From assembly GCA_048882045.1 (NCBI GenBank), contig JBHLRZ010000019.1, forward strand, positions 1-64,000: a stretch of 64,000 nt of DNA, read 5' to 3'. Position 1 is the stretch's first letter; each line of letters opens with the position of its first letter. This DNA is from Candidatus Thorarchaeota archaeon (lineage in GTDB: Archaea; Asgardarchaeota; Thorarchaeia; Thorarchaeales; Thorarchaeaceae). The notes under the pieces are model-generated. The model was given only the letters and a program-made list of their open reading frames with translations, was not told the DNA's origin and did no database searches. A program made the translations under genes and the position numbers. Below, one piece after another: positions 1 through 9,205 of this stretch.

Positions 1-1433
1 CCAGTCCTTCCTCTTCGTTGAATGTATGGCACAACAGATGGTACACAATCATAGAAGACAACTAGGTTGCATTCGGGGATATCTAGCCCTTCCTCACCGA
101 CCTGTGTAGCTACGAGAACATTGAACTCGTTGTTACGAAAGCCATCAAGAATCTCCACCTGCTTCTTCTGACTGAATCCTTTGTCAGAGCCACGAGAGCT
201 CTGTCCAACAAAACGACTAGCTCTGACCTCCTCTAGTTGTTCAAGAGTTTCAGTCACCTCTACTGCTGTGTCTCGGAATCGAGTAAAAATCAGTATTCGT
301 GAATCTAGATTGACTGACAGCTGTTCACTGACTATCTCCAAAATTGTGTCTGCTTTTGGATGACGATGACCTTTGACAATAAGTGCCTCGAGAAGGTTCT
401 CAAACTGAGAGAACTCTGGCTTTGCAAGTAAGTCCTTGACTCCCTTTGAGCTCTTCTTATTGCGAACTTCTTCATGGACACCCTGAAGGTATCTCTGAGT
501 GGGCATCAGTCCTTGAGTGCCAATGAACTCAAGGAGATGAACAATTCGCAATAGAGCTGTGAGATTACGTATGACCATGAACAGTGACCCAGGAGGCTTC
601 GTGTACGTGCCGATCTCCTTTCGGACAACGCTCTGTGTTCTGAGAATCTCCTTCCTGGTCATTCGCCTTGGGTCTGGTAGACTGAACCCATTATCCAAAA
701 CAGGTGTTCGATAGACATCTATTATCGAGTAGAGGATATCCTTTAGGACCTCAATCTCTGATGGTAGGATGATGTACCGAATCTCTGAATCGACAGTCAC
801 CATATAGTCTCGAACATCATTGCTCTTCTCGTTTCTGACTTCAACATGTGACAGTCGTAGATTATCACAGACCATCCTGATATGATCCGCTTCGTGACCT
901 GGTGACGCAGTGAGTCCTAATGAGTGAGTGTTCAATCCTTGTTTCTCGTAGAGCTCTGCGATGAAGGTGTATGCATAGTTCCCAACTCCCCTGTGAGCCT
1001 CATCAAATACTAATAACGAAACATCATTGAGATCATAGTTTCTCTGGACTAGGTCGTTCTGAAGGGCCTGTGGAGTCATAACCAAAACTCTTGCATCTGC
1101 CCAGATTGCTTGTCTGTAATCGGGAGAGTCTTGACCAGTAAGGCACACAACAAGGTCATCATCTATATCCAAAACCCGTCTCAGGTATCTAGCCTGCTGA
1201 TCTACAAGAGGTCTCGAGGGTGCTAGAAAGAGTACCTTCGAGTCTTGGATTGCTGAAAGGCGCTTCGCTGCCACAAGGGCGGCTATCACAGTCTTTCCTA
1301 GACCAGTGCTGAGGACTATCATTGTACTTTCTTTTGCAGCTATATCAGCGAGATTGACTTGGTACGACCTATACTCTACACTGTTCTTCCGAATAAGGGG
1401 CGCCTCTACGTAGGTTTCCTTCTCAGCCAACAT
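1..1433 (-). CDS. hef: Hef/FANCM-like SF2 DEAH helicase (3' end runs off the window edge)
   Basis: Manual translation from ATG at 1433: MLAEKETYVEAPLIRKNSVEYRSYQ...LSTGLGKT...FLAPSRPLVDQQ...MTPQ...DEAHR...GLTASPG...ATQVGEEGLDIP. Not in the ORF track because it is truncated. Confidence 0.9.
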   Translation of the reverse strand, partial: MLAEKETYVEAPLIRKNSVEYRSYQVNLADIAAKESTMIVLSTGLGKTVIAALVAAKRLSAIQDSKVLFLAPSRPLVDQQARYLRRVLDIDDDLVVCLTGQDSPDYRQAIWADARVLVMTPQALQNDLVQRNYDLNDVSLLVFDEAHRGVGNYAYTFIAELYEKQGLNTHSLGLTASPGHEADHIRMVCDNLRLSHVEVRNEKSNDVRDYMVTVDSEIRYIILPSEIEVLKDILYSIIDVYRTPVLDNGFSLPDPRRMTRKEILRTQSVVRKEIGTYTKPPGSLFMVIRNLTALLRIVHLLEFIGTQGLMPTQRYLQGVHEEVRNKKSSKGVKDLLAKPEFSQFENLLEALIVKGHRHPKADTILEIVSEQLSVNLDSRILIFTRFRDTAVEVTETLEQLEEVRASRFVGQSSRGSDKGFSQKKQVEILDGFRNNEFNVLVATQVGEEGLDIPECNLVVFYDCVPSVVPYIQRRGRT

Positions 1434-1526
1434 CTCTGCCTCAGGTGTTTTCACCTATCTGTGATAATACTCACTGTAAAAAGCCTCCTACAAACAAAAG
1501 ATGTAGGGCAAAGGAGCCGAGTAGAT

Positions 1527-1868
1527 ATGACTACAACATCAAAAGAAGCAATGCCCAGTATCGAAGCAGAGCTATATGAGCTCAGTATGCCTGGAAGACT
1601 ATTGGGAAAAGAGGTCTTAGATAATAGAGCCAGAAGGATTGGTATCGTACGAAGTATCAGGATCGCGCTCCATCCAACACGCTCAGAACTGATTGTAAAA
1701 GGCGCCGAAGTAGAGTTCCCTGTGGACTTCTCTAAGGTCGATGCAGTTGGTACAGTCGTTCAGCTCAACTCAGTAGTGAAAGACGCTGAGGAAATCGAGG
1801 TTCATGATGTCATTCGACTTCAAAAAGAGGTACTAGATGACATCAAGTCCTATTTGGGCGCCCGCTGA
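1527..1868 (+). CDS. PRC-barrel domain protein
   Basis: LLGKEVLDNRARRIGIVRSIRI...VDFSKVDAVGTVVQL fits the PRC-barrel pattern. Start moved to ATG 1527 to avoid overlap with hef. Confidence 0.7.
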   Translation: MTTTSKEAMPSIEAELYELSMPGRLLGKEVLDNRARRIGIVRSIRIALHPTRSELIVKGAEVEFPVDFSKVDAVGTVVQLNSVVKDAEEIEVHDVIRLQKEVLDDIKSYLGAR

Positions 1869-1900
1869 CACGGACAACTGATGAATGCGAAGGGTATATA

Positions 1901-2761
1901 GTGGTCAGCGGAGCATTTCCATATTCGGAGGCTTCTCCATTGAATCTGACTGTGGAAAAACTCGTCAAAATGATTGATCACACTGTTCTCAAACCTGAAA
2001 CTACAAAGGCCAAGGTCAAGCGGCTCTGTGATGAAGCTATTACTTACGATTTCGTAGCGATTTGTATCAACTCTACCCATGTTGAATATGCCGCTGAGTT
2101 GCTGAAGGACACAGACGTTAAGGTCTGTATTGTTGTTGGTTTTCCATTAGGTGCTTCACTCTCGAGTGTGAAGGCTTTTGAAGCAGAAGAATCGGTGAAA
2201 AGAGGTGCCCATGAGATTGACATGGTGATGAATATAGGCGCTCTTAGGGACGAGAATTACAATCTAGTTCAGAAGGATATCGAAGCAGTAGTTGCAGCCT
2301 CTGGAGATGCTCATGTCAAGGTCATTCTAGAAACAGGCTACTTAACAGATGATCAGAAACGTAAAGCATGCCTCATCTGCAAGGATGCTGGAGCTGACTT
2401 TGTCAAGACATCCACTGGGTTTGGTCCAATGGGTGCAACACCCCATGATGTTAGGCTGATGCGTGAAACCGTGGGACCAAAGATGGGTGTAAAAGCAGCA
2501 GGTGGCATTCGGAACTTCAAAGACGCGTGGCGAGTCATTGAAGCAGGTGCTGACCGTCTTGGGACAAGTGCTGGAGTTGCTATAGTAGAAGACTTTCGTT
2601 GGGCACAATACAGCGACTCTTGGATGACTCCTGACAAACCATGCTGGACATGCCCAAGTCGGATGGCAAACATGGCGAAACAACCGAAAGATGTCTACAT
2701 GTGGTACAAAGAGCGGTGTCTTACCTGTCCCGACAAGGAACACAACGTCTTCAACGATTAG
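1901..2761 (+). CDS. deoC: Deoxyribose-phosphate aldolase with C-terminal Cys-rich extension
   Basis: IDHTVLKP, VVGFPLG, EIDMV, KVILET, DFVKTSTGF, VKAAGGIR, RLGTS motifs. Confidence 0.97.
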   Translation: MVSGAFPYSEASPLNLTVEKLVKMIDHTVLKPETTKAKVKRLCDEAITYDFVAICINSTHVEYAAELLKDTDVKVCIVVGFPLGASLSSVKAFEAEESVKRGAHEIDMVMNIGALRDENYNLVQKDIEAVVAASGDAHVKVILETGYLTDDQKRKACLICKDAGADFVKTSTGFGPMGATPHDVRLMRETVGPKMGVKAAGGIRNFKDAWRVIEAGADRLGTSAGVAIVEDFRWAQYSDSWMTPDKPCWTCPSRMANMAKQPKDVYMWYKERCLTCPDKEHNVFND

Positions 2762-2773
2762 GAGGTCGGAAAG

Positions 2774-4564
2774 TTGTCTAAATCTTCACTCTATGCTGAT
2801 GCCCCAATTCTTCATGTCAATCTAAGCGACAAGAGCATTCGGAGAGAACAAATCTCTCCTGATATCTTCAAGCAATACCTAGGAGGCCGTGGTCTTGGAG
2901 TCAAACTCCTCTACGATAATCTCGCTCCTGGAACTGATGCGCTCTCTCCTGACAATCTACTTATCTTTGCAGTAGGTCCTTCCACAGCTACAAGGGTGCC
3001 AACTGGAGGAAGGTTCGTTGTAGTCACAAAGTCACCGACAACAGGAACAATCTTTGATTCACATGCAGGTGGCTATTTCGGAGCTCAACTTAGGCGCGCT
3101 GGTTTTGCAGCAGTGGTCTTCCATGGAAAATCTGACTCACCCGTGTATTTGTGGATTAACGATGATGATGTTGAGATTAGAGATGCTTCAAAGGTCTGGG
3201 GAAAGGATGTCTACGATGCTACCGATTTGTTACTGCAGGAAACTGATTCCAAGGCTCAGGTAGCATGCATTGGGCCGGCTGGTGAGAATCTTGGACTTAT
3301 GGCTGCGATAATGACTGACAAACACAGAGCAGCAGGCCGTGGGGGAGTGGGAGCTGTCATGGGTTCGAAACATCTCAAAGCCATAGTTGCTAAGGGGACT
3401 GGAGAAGTAGGAATCCATGACCCTGAGCGACTTAATACAGCTGTAGAGTGGTCTCGAAGACTGATCAAAAAGAATGCAGTAACTGACAAGTCACTGCCTG
3501 TCTATGGTACTCCTGTTCTTGTGAGTGTTGCAAATGAACTGGGAATGCTACCCACAAACAACTTCCAAGAAGGTACTTTCAACGATGCTGATGGAGTTTC
3601 TGGAGAGAAACTCCTCGAACGGTTTTCAGCTGGCACATACAACTGTCATGGATGTCCCATTGGTTGCGGACGTGTCAGTCAGGTTGAGGGAAGAAAGGTT
3701 GGAGGACCAGAGTACGAATCCCTCTGGTCACTAGGCCCGCAGTGCGGAATCAACGACCTCGAATGGATCACGATTGCAAATGACAGATGCAATCATCTTG
3801 GTCTAGATACAATTTCTACTGGGTCCACTATAGGAGCTGCAATGGAGCTCGTAGAGAAAGGCAAACTTGAAGCTCCATTGAAGTTTGGAGTCACGAAAGG
3901 ACTACTAGACATTATAGAGGACATAGCGTATATGCGAGGACTGGGAGCCGAGATGAGTGAGGGCTCAAAGCGACTGGCAGAGCGGTATGGCGCTCCAGAG
4001 CTAGCGATGCAGGTGAAGGGACTAGAACTCCCTGCTTACGATCCGCGTGGTGCCCAGGGACATGCTCTTGGCTATGCCACTTCGAACAGAGGGGGCTGTC
4101 ATCTTCGATCCTATCTGATAGGACCAGAGGTCTTGGGATCCCCAGTACTTGTTGACCGTGACAGGCCAGACGGTAAGGCAGATCTCGTGATGCTATATCA
4201 GGATCTCTCTGCTGCAATGGACTGTATGGTTGTCTGTCGTTTCACAAACTTTGCTTGGCCTGTTGATGTCTATGCAGAGATAATCTCAGCTGGAACTGGA
4301 ATAGAACTTACCGGGCGCGACCTGCTCCAACTAGGCTCAAGAATATATAATCTCGAACGACTCTTCAACATTCGAGAAGGAATCACTGGGAAGGATGACA
4401 CCCTCCCACCCCGGTTCTTCAAGCCACTCCCTGAAGGAAACTCGAGGAACCGTATTGTGCATCTTGATGAAATGCTGAAAGAATACTACAAACTACGCGG
4501 TTGGGACAAAGACGGAAAGCCAACAAAAGATACATTGAAGAAATTGGGCATTCCGGTTTCTTGA
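2774..4564 (+). CDS. aor: Tungsten-dependent aldehyde:ferredoxin oxidoreductase family protein
   Basis: YLGGRGLG, IGPAGE, AGRGGVGAVMGSK, CxxCxxxC (CHGCPIGC), GLDTISTG, RGGCH motifs; GGAGG upstream of TTG start. Confidence 0.95.
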   Translation: MSKSSLYADAPILHVNLSDKSIRREQISPDIFKQYLGGRGLGVKLLYDNLAPGTDALSPDNLLIFAVGPSTATRVPTGGRFVVVTKSPTTGTIFDSHAGGYFGAQLRRAGFAAVVFHGKSDSPVYLWINDDDVEIRDASKVWGKDVYDATDLLLQETDSKAQVACIGPAGENLGLMAAIMTDKHRAAGRGGVGAVMGSKHLKAIVAKGTGEVGIHDPERLNTAVEWSRRLIKKNAVTDKSLPVYGTPVLVSVANELGMLPTNNFQEGTFNDADGVSGEKLLERFSAGTYNCHGCPIGCGRVSQVEGRKVGGPEYESLWSLGPQCGINDLEWITIANDRCNHLGLDTISTGSTIGAAMELVEKGKLEAPLKFGVTKGLLDIIEDIAYMRGLGAEMSEGSKRLAERYGAPELAMQVKGLELPAYDPRGAQGHALGYATSNRGGCHLRSYLIGPEVLGSPVLVDRDRPDGKADLVMLYQDLSAAMDCMVVCRFTNFAWPVDVYAEIISAGTGIELTGRDLLQLGSRIYNLERLFNIREGITGKDDTLPPRFFKPLPEGNSRNRIVHLDEMLKEYYKLRGWDKDGKPTKDTLKKLGIPVS

Positions 4565-4612
4565 AATAGGTTCTCTGAGTGGCTCCATCATAACTTTCGG
4601 AGATGTACTTAG

Positions 4613-6568
4613 CTGGCCAGAGGAAAACGTAGAAGAGGCAAATTTCGAAGAGGCCATGCTCCATATCTTGCTAAGATTAGATTCTTCTGGTGTGACTCCT
4701 GCAATGTTCCAAGAATTGCAGATACAGACTGCAATGTTTGCGGAACCTCTCCTCGAAAGGTGAACCTATCTCCTCCAGGAGACCCTTTCCCCGCAATGGA
4801 GGGCCATCTTGAACGTGCGATCAGTACTCTAGATATTCAATTTGGGAACGGTGTAGGGAAATCTCTGCTTCCATCTAACAAAGTTGTAGTGATGAACAAG
4901 GTTTCATCTCTTGATGCCATGTATGAGGTCATTGTAGATGGTTTCATCGTTGGTCGTCTTAGATTTGACATTCCAAAACGTGGATACACGTTCCTCCTAT
5001 CGCTTGAAGGAGCACGAAGAGTAGGTGCTGTCAGTAAACAGAAATGGGTTTCACTACATGATGGTGTCCTGAAATACCTGAAAGACGGCGCCAACCTCAT
5101 GGTTCCTGGTGTTCAAGGTTGTGACTCTGATATCGAGATTAATGATGAGGTCTGGATTATTGATTCTGATGGAATGGTTGTTGCTGCCGGAATTGCAAGG
5201 ATGACAGGGGCCGAGATAGCAAAGGAATCCAAAGGCTTTGCAGTGAAGATACGCTCAGTCGACAACCCAATAGGTCCGTCTGAAAATCCGAAGGAATCTA
5301 CGTGGGAGGATGCTGTTCACTCAAACTTGAGGGATCTTGAGAATGTTGAAACCGAGGCGATATCCTTTGTCAAGAGGACAATAGAAAGACAGCCTGATAT
5401 TCCAGTAGTAGTCGCTTTCAGTGGAGGCAAGGACTCTTTAGCCACGTATCTAGTGGTTGAGAAAGCAATACGGGAGAGTCCTCCCATATTCTTTATGGAC
5501 ACTGGTATTGAACTCCCTGAAACGATTGAATATATTGAGAACTTTGCCAACTCTCGGGATACAAAGATCATAGGTCAGAGAGCTGGTGAAAGATTCTGGG
5601 AATCTGTTGATACATTTGGTCCTCCCGCACGAGACTTCAGATGGTGCTGCAAGGTCCTTAAACTCGGTCCAGCAGCCACCTCAATTGCTGATGAAATGGG
5701 TGGTGAAAACTTGAGCTTTATGGGACAGAGGAAACTGGAATCCTACCAGCGATCCATTGAGCCTAGAGTCACAGAAAATCCATGGGTACCAGGTCAGACA
5801 TCCGCGAACCCAATCCAGAACTGGAACGCTCTGGAAGTCTGGCTCTACATCTTCCACAAAAGAGAGCACTTCAACCCTCTCTACAATCGAGGATACCATC
5901 GCATGGGATGTTATCTGTGCCCCTCATCACCCCTAGCAGAACTAGAGAGTCTAAGAGAGACCCACCCCATACTTCACAAGCAATGGATGTCCAAAATGAA
6001 GGAATGGGCCGATAAGTATGGTTTTCCTGACGAATGGGTTGACATGGGATTCTGGAGATGGAAGAACCTACCACAGGGCCAGATGGAACTAGTAAACAAA
6101 CTTGGTCTGAACATCGAACCAGATAGGTCCAGTCCTGGACAGAGTCTGAACCTGACAGTAACAAAAGGAGTTTCGCCGTGTGTCAAATCTGGCTTTAGTC
6201 TGGAGGGATCTTTTTCGTCAGGGATTGACCTGAATCGAGTGTCCAAGCTGTTTCCCATATTCGGAAAGACCAAACTGTCAGAAGAGCTGGGTGCCCTACG
6301 TACTTCGGCCGGTGAGAACAGCATCGCGCTGTTCAGCTCAGGATCAGTAGTGATACGAGGAGATAAGGAGAAGTCTGTGGAGCGCCTTACAGACCAGATA
6401 GAACGTGCCATGAAGAGGGCCTTATTCTGTCAGGCATGCGGATCCTGTATCCCTCAATGTGAACATGGTGCCCTCAATCTAGATGATGGAAGGCTTGCAG
6501 TGGATGAGGAGAAATGCACAAACTGCCTCAAGTGCGATAATTGGCCTTGTCCTGTATATCTCTCTTAG
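4613..6568 (+). CDS. PAPS-reductase family protein (N-terminal Zn finger, PUA domain, PP-loop, C-terminal 4Fe-4S)
   Basis: SGGKDS PP-loop, WCCK, GCYLC, C-terminal CxxCxxCxxxC and CxxCxxC. The frame stays open 49 codons upstream of 4760 (WCDSCNVP...CNVCG) to a CTG at 4613 that follows an in-frame TAG. Confidence 0.85.
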   Translation: MARGKRRRGKFRRGHAPYLAKIRFFWCDSCNVPRIADTDCNVCGTSPRKVNLSPPGDPFPAMEGHLERAISTLDIQFGNGVGKSLLPSNKVVVMNKVSSLDAMYEVIVDGFIVGRLRFDIPKRGYTFLLSLEGARRVGAVSKQKWVSLHDGVLKYLKDGANLMVPGVQGCDSDIEINDEVWIIDSDGMVVAAGIARMTGAEIAKESKGFAVKIRSVDNPIGPSENPKESTWEDAVHSNLRDLENVETEAISFVKRTIERQPDIPVVVAFSGGKDSLATYLVVEKAIRESPPIFFMDTGIELPETIEYIENFANSRDTKIIGQRAGERFWESVDTFGPPARDFRWCCKVLKLGPAATSIADEMGGENLSFMGQRKLESYQRSIEPRVTENPWVPGQTSANPIQNWNALEVWLYIFHKREHFNPLYNRGYHRMGCYLCPSSPLAELESLRETHPILHKQWMSKMKEWADKYGFPDEWVDMGFWRWKNLPQGQMELVNKLGLNIEPDRSSPGQSLNLTVTKGVSPCVKSGFSLEGSFSSGIDLNRVSKLFPIFGKTKLSEELGALRTSAGENSIALFSSGSVVIRGDKEKSVERLTDQIERAMKRALFCQACGSCIPQCEHGALNLDDGRLAVDEEKCTNCLKCDNWPCPVYLS

Positions 6569-7589
6569 GTGGAAATTTCTTCTTCCAACGTTCAGCAAGT
6601 CCACTACACGTCAGAATTTCTGGATCTGCTTCTTTGATATTCTTGAGGAGTTTCTTGTATGAGTCATGATATTTCGGATGGCCAAAGTCTTCTGGATCTG
6701 GATGTAGGATGAATACTGCAAGGCCTCCCCTTGATTTGATATACTCCATCTTCTTATTCCAAACTTTTAGCATGTTTTCCTCTGAAAGTCTGTAGTAATA
6801 TAGAAGAGTCCAGTCTTGTGGCATGGAAACAGGAATCTCCAGCATTGGACTCTGTTGCCAGTCCTCATCATCGCGATACAATGGATAGAAAGGAAAGATG
6901 GTCCGACTTCCTGTTGTAGCATATCCTACTGTGGAGTCATCGGTGTCCGGAAATGATGAATCCCAGTCATATCCTGCTTCAGTCAGGTGTTGGATCATCG
7001 TTTTGGTTCTATGAAGCATTGGTGCACGATATCCAAGCGATTTTAGTTTCAGCTCCCGTCCACGTGCCGCAGACCTTTCGATTCTATCTTTTTGTTCAGA
7101 TATAGATAGAAATGGAAAACGTCCATCATGATGAAGTCCATGCATTCCAAAATCGAACCCGTCCTTAACTAGGGTATTGATGAAATCTAGGTCAATCTTG
7201 TACTCGTTTGACTCAGCCACGATATGGAATGATGAAACCATATCTTCAGCCTGTTCCATTTCTACAAACTTAGCCAATCCAAATTCATAGCCAATGCGGG
7301 TATCCACATCATGGGACATAATCACTCCAAAGTCCTTTTGCCAGAACTCTCTCTTCTCTTCGGTTGTAGGATCTAATCTATCAGCCAGATCATCAATTGG
7401 GAATTCCCTTCTTCTCTGACCTGCTGGTGGTTTCTTTCTGAATAGAGATAGCATTGAAACAAAGGAGTTTCTAATCTGATGAGGAATGTGATCAACCAGG
7501 TTCAGATTAACTCCATACTGCATTGCAGCTGGAGGTTCATACTTGATATCCATCTCGTTTCGATAGTAGTCACTCTTTGAAACCTTCAC
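6528..7589 (-). CDS. Polysaccharide deacetylase family protein
   Basis: SHDVD, GMHGLHH, YRAP, WDSS, LHP motifs of the NodB-like fold. Confidence 0.85.
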   Translation of the reverse strand: MKVSKSDYYRNEMDIKYEPPAAMQYGVNLNLVDHIPHQIRNSFVSMLSLFRKKPPAGQRRREFPIDDLADRLDPTTEEKREFWQKDFGVIMSHDVDTRIGYEFGLAKFVEMEQAEDMVSSFHIVAESNEYKIDLDFINTLVKDGFDFGMHGLHHDGRFPFLSISEQKDRIERSAARGRELKLKSLGYRAPMLHRTKTMIQHLTEAGYDWDSSFPDTDDSTVGYATTGSRTIFPFYPLYRDDEDWQQSPMLEIPVSMPQDWTLLYYYRLSEENMLKVWNKKMEYIKSRGGLAVFILHPDPEDFGHPKYHDSYKKLLKNIKEADPEILTCSGLAERWKKKFPPKRDIQDKANYRT

Positions 7590-7603
7590 TGCATGTCACC
7601 GTA

Positions 7604-9073
7604 TCAGTGGGTGTACTTCAACCAATGTCCATATCGAGACAACCATGCATTGACGACAAGGCTCACCTTTGTCCGCTTTCCACCCCACGTACTGGATTCA
7701 AGGTCATACCACCATGAGTCATTCTGTTCTATCTCAGTAGCCCTCTCGTCTTTCAAAGCGAATTTGGTTATCACAAAAGCTCGGTCCCTCACCTTGCTCC
7801 ATGCTGTTTCAGTATCTTCAAAGAGGAAGATTATCTGATTGTCCATTTTTGATGATGGTCCTCTAGGAGTCCTGAAAATTGCACTAGCAAAGGACTCTTC
7901 AAACTCTGGGTCTTCTACATTCCAATCCTCTATTCTAAGATACCCTAAAAGCTCAGTCAGTATATTCCTCAGAATATCGCGTTTCTCTGTATCTGAGTAT
8001 TTCTTGATGTATTCCTCATCTGTTCGGAGGACCTTTGCAGGCACTCCTGCTGCCAGACTTCTTGCTGGTATGTCTCGGTTTATTACAGACCCCGCTCCTA
8101 TTGTGGCTTCTTTCCCAATATGCACATTTGGAAGCACAAACACGCGCCATGGGAACCAGACTCCATCTTCAATTGTTATAGGTCCAAAGGCTACTGGAAA
8201 ACCCTCGAGTATGGGTTGCCAAGTCCCATGAGTGAACAGAAAATTAGAACCTCCTATCCCAACCCGCTTTCCTATCTTGATGGGGTAAGTGGGATTGATG
8301 ACACTCTGCGCGAAGATCATGGAAAGGTCCCCAATCTCAATCTCGGACTTGTCAGTCTTTAGTCCTCCAATGTATACCTGTTCCTGAATTGTTACCTCTT
8401 CACCAATGACAACCTTATGTGTATCAATAATCACTAACATCCCAAGGTTCGAGTATCGCCCCATCACAAACTCGTTTGCTTTGATCATGCAGGCCATACC
8501 AATCTCTGCGTAATCTCCAATCACAATCTTCTTGCAATCTAGTATTGCAAGAGGCCCAATCGAAACACCTTCCCCTATCTCCGCACCCTTTCTCCTATAG
8601 TAGGCAATCTTCAGACTAGAAGGCAAGAGTCCAATCGTGGCCATCTTGCTGATTGGCATACTGAAAAGGTCGGGATCTCCGACATGAGTTCTGACCATGA
8701 AAAAGGGTCCAAACAGCACAGCCAATAGGATGAGCCAACGAAGGCCTCCCACAAATAGGTTATACTCCGACCAAAGGGTGCTACTTCCAATTAACAGTAC
8801 GTAGTCGTAGTAAACGACATCAAAGATGATGAACAGTATAAGCCAAACTAGACCTACACTCAGCACTCTAACTCTCTTATATCTCGGTACAAAAGTCTTG
8901 AATGAGAGATTGATTACAAAAAGCAGAAAGAGGAACAGGATGACATTCTTCAGTACATATTGGCTGGAACCAAGTATGATGGTCCATATCCACTCGAAGA
9001 CTATTGTTGAGATTGGCACTAGAATCCATGCGACAATTGCATAAGACCTACTGTTTTTGATGAACTCTTCCAA
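7604..9073 (-). CDS. Membrane-anchored hexapeptide-repeat (left-handed beta-helix) acyltransferase
   Basis: N-terminal hydrophobic helices, then many [LIV]G hexapeptide repeats ending in AAGVPAKV; likely TTG start at 9073 after GGAGGA. Confidence 0.8.
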   Translation of the reverse strand: MEEFIKNSRSYAIVAWILVPISTIVFEWIWTIILGSSQYVLKNVILFLFLLFVINLSFKTFVPRYKRVRVLSVGLVWLILFIIFDVVYYDYVLLIGSSTLWSEYNLFVGGLRWLILLAVLFGPFFMVRTHVGDPDLFSMPISKMATIGLLPSSLKIAYYRRKGAEIGEGVSIGPLAILDCKKIVIGDYAEIGMACMIKANEFVMGRYSNLGMLVIIDTHKVVIGEEVTIQEQVYIGGLKTDKSEIEIGDLSMIFAQSVINPTYPIKIGKRVGIGGSNFLFTHGTWQPILEGFPVAFGPITIEDGVWFPWRVFVLPNVHIGKEATIGAGSVINRDIPARSLAAGVPAKVLRTDEEYIKKYSDTEKRDILRNILTELLGYLRIEDWNVEDPEFEESFASAIFRTPRGPSSKMDNQIIFLFEDTETAWSKVRDRAFVITKFALKDERATEIEQNDSWWYDLESSTWGGKRTKVSLVVNAWLSRYGHWLKYTH

Positions 9074-9205
9074 GTCTATTCCTCCGATTCCTGAGAGAAA
9101 GTAGTGAGTCGGGTGTCGCCCTCTCCTCTGGACTATATTACCATTGTCATGCATCATGTGAACACACAAGGTTGCAACAAAGGTTATTTACCACAAATCC
9201 GCCTC

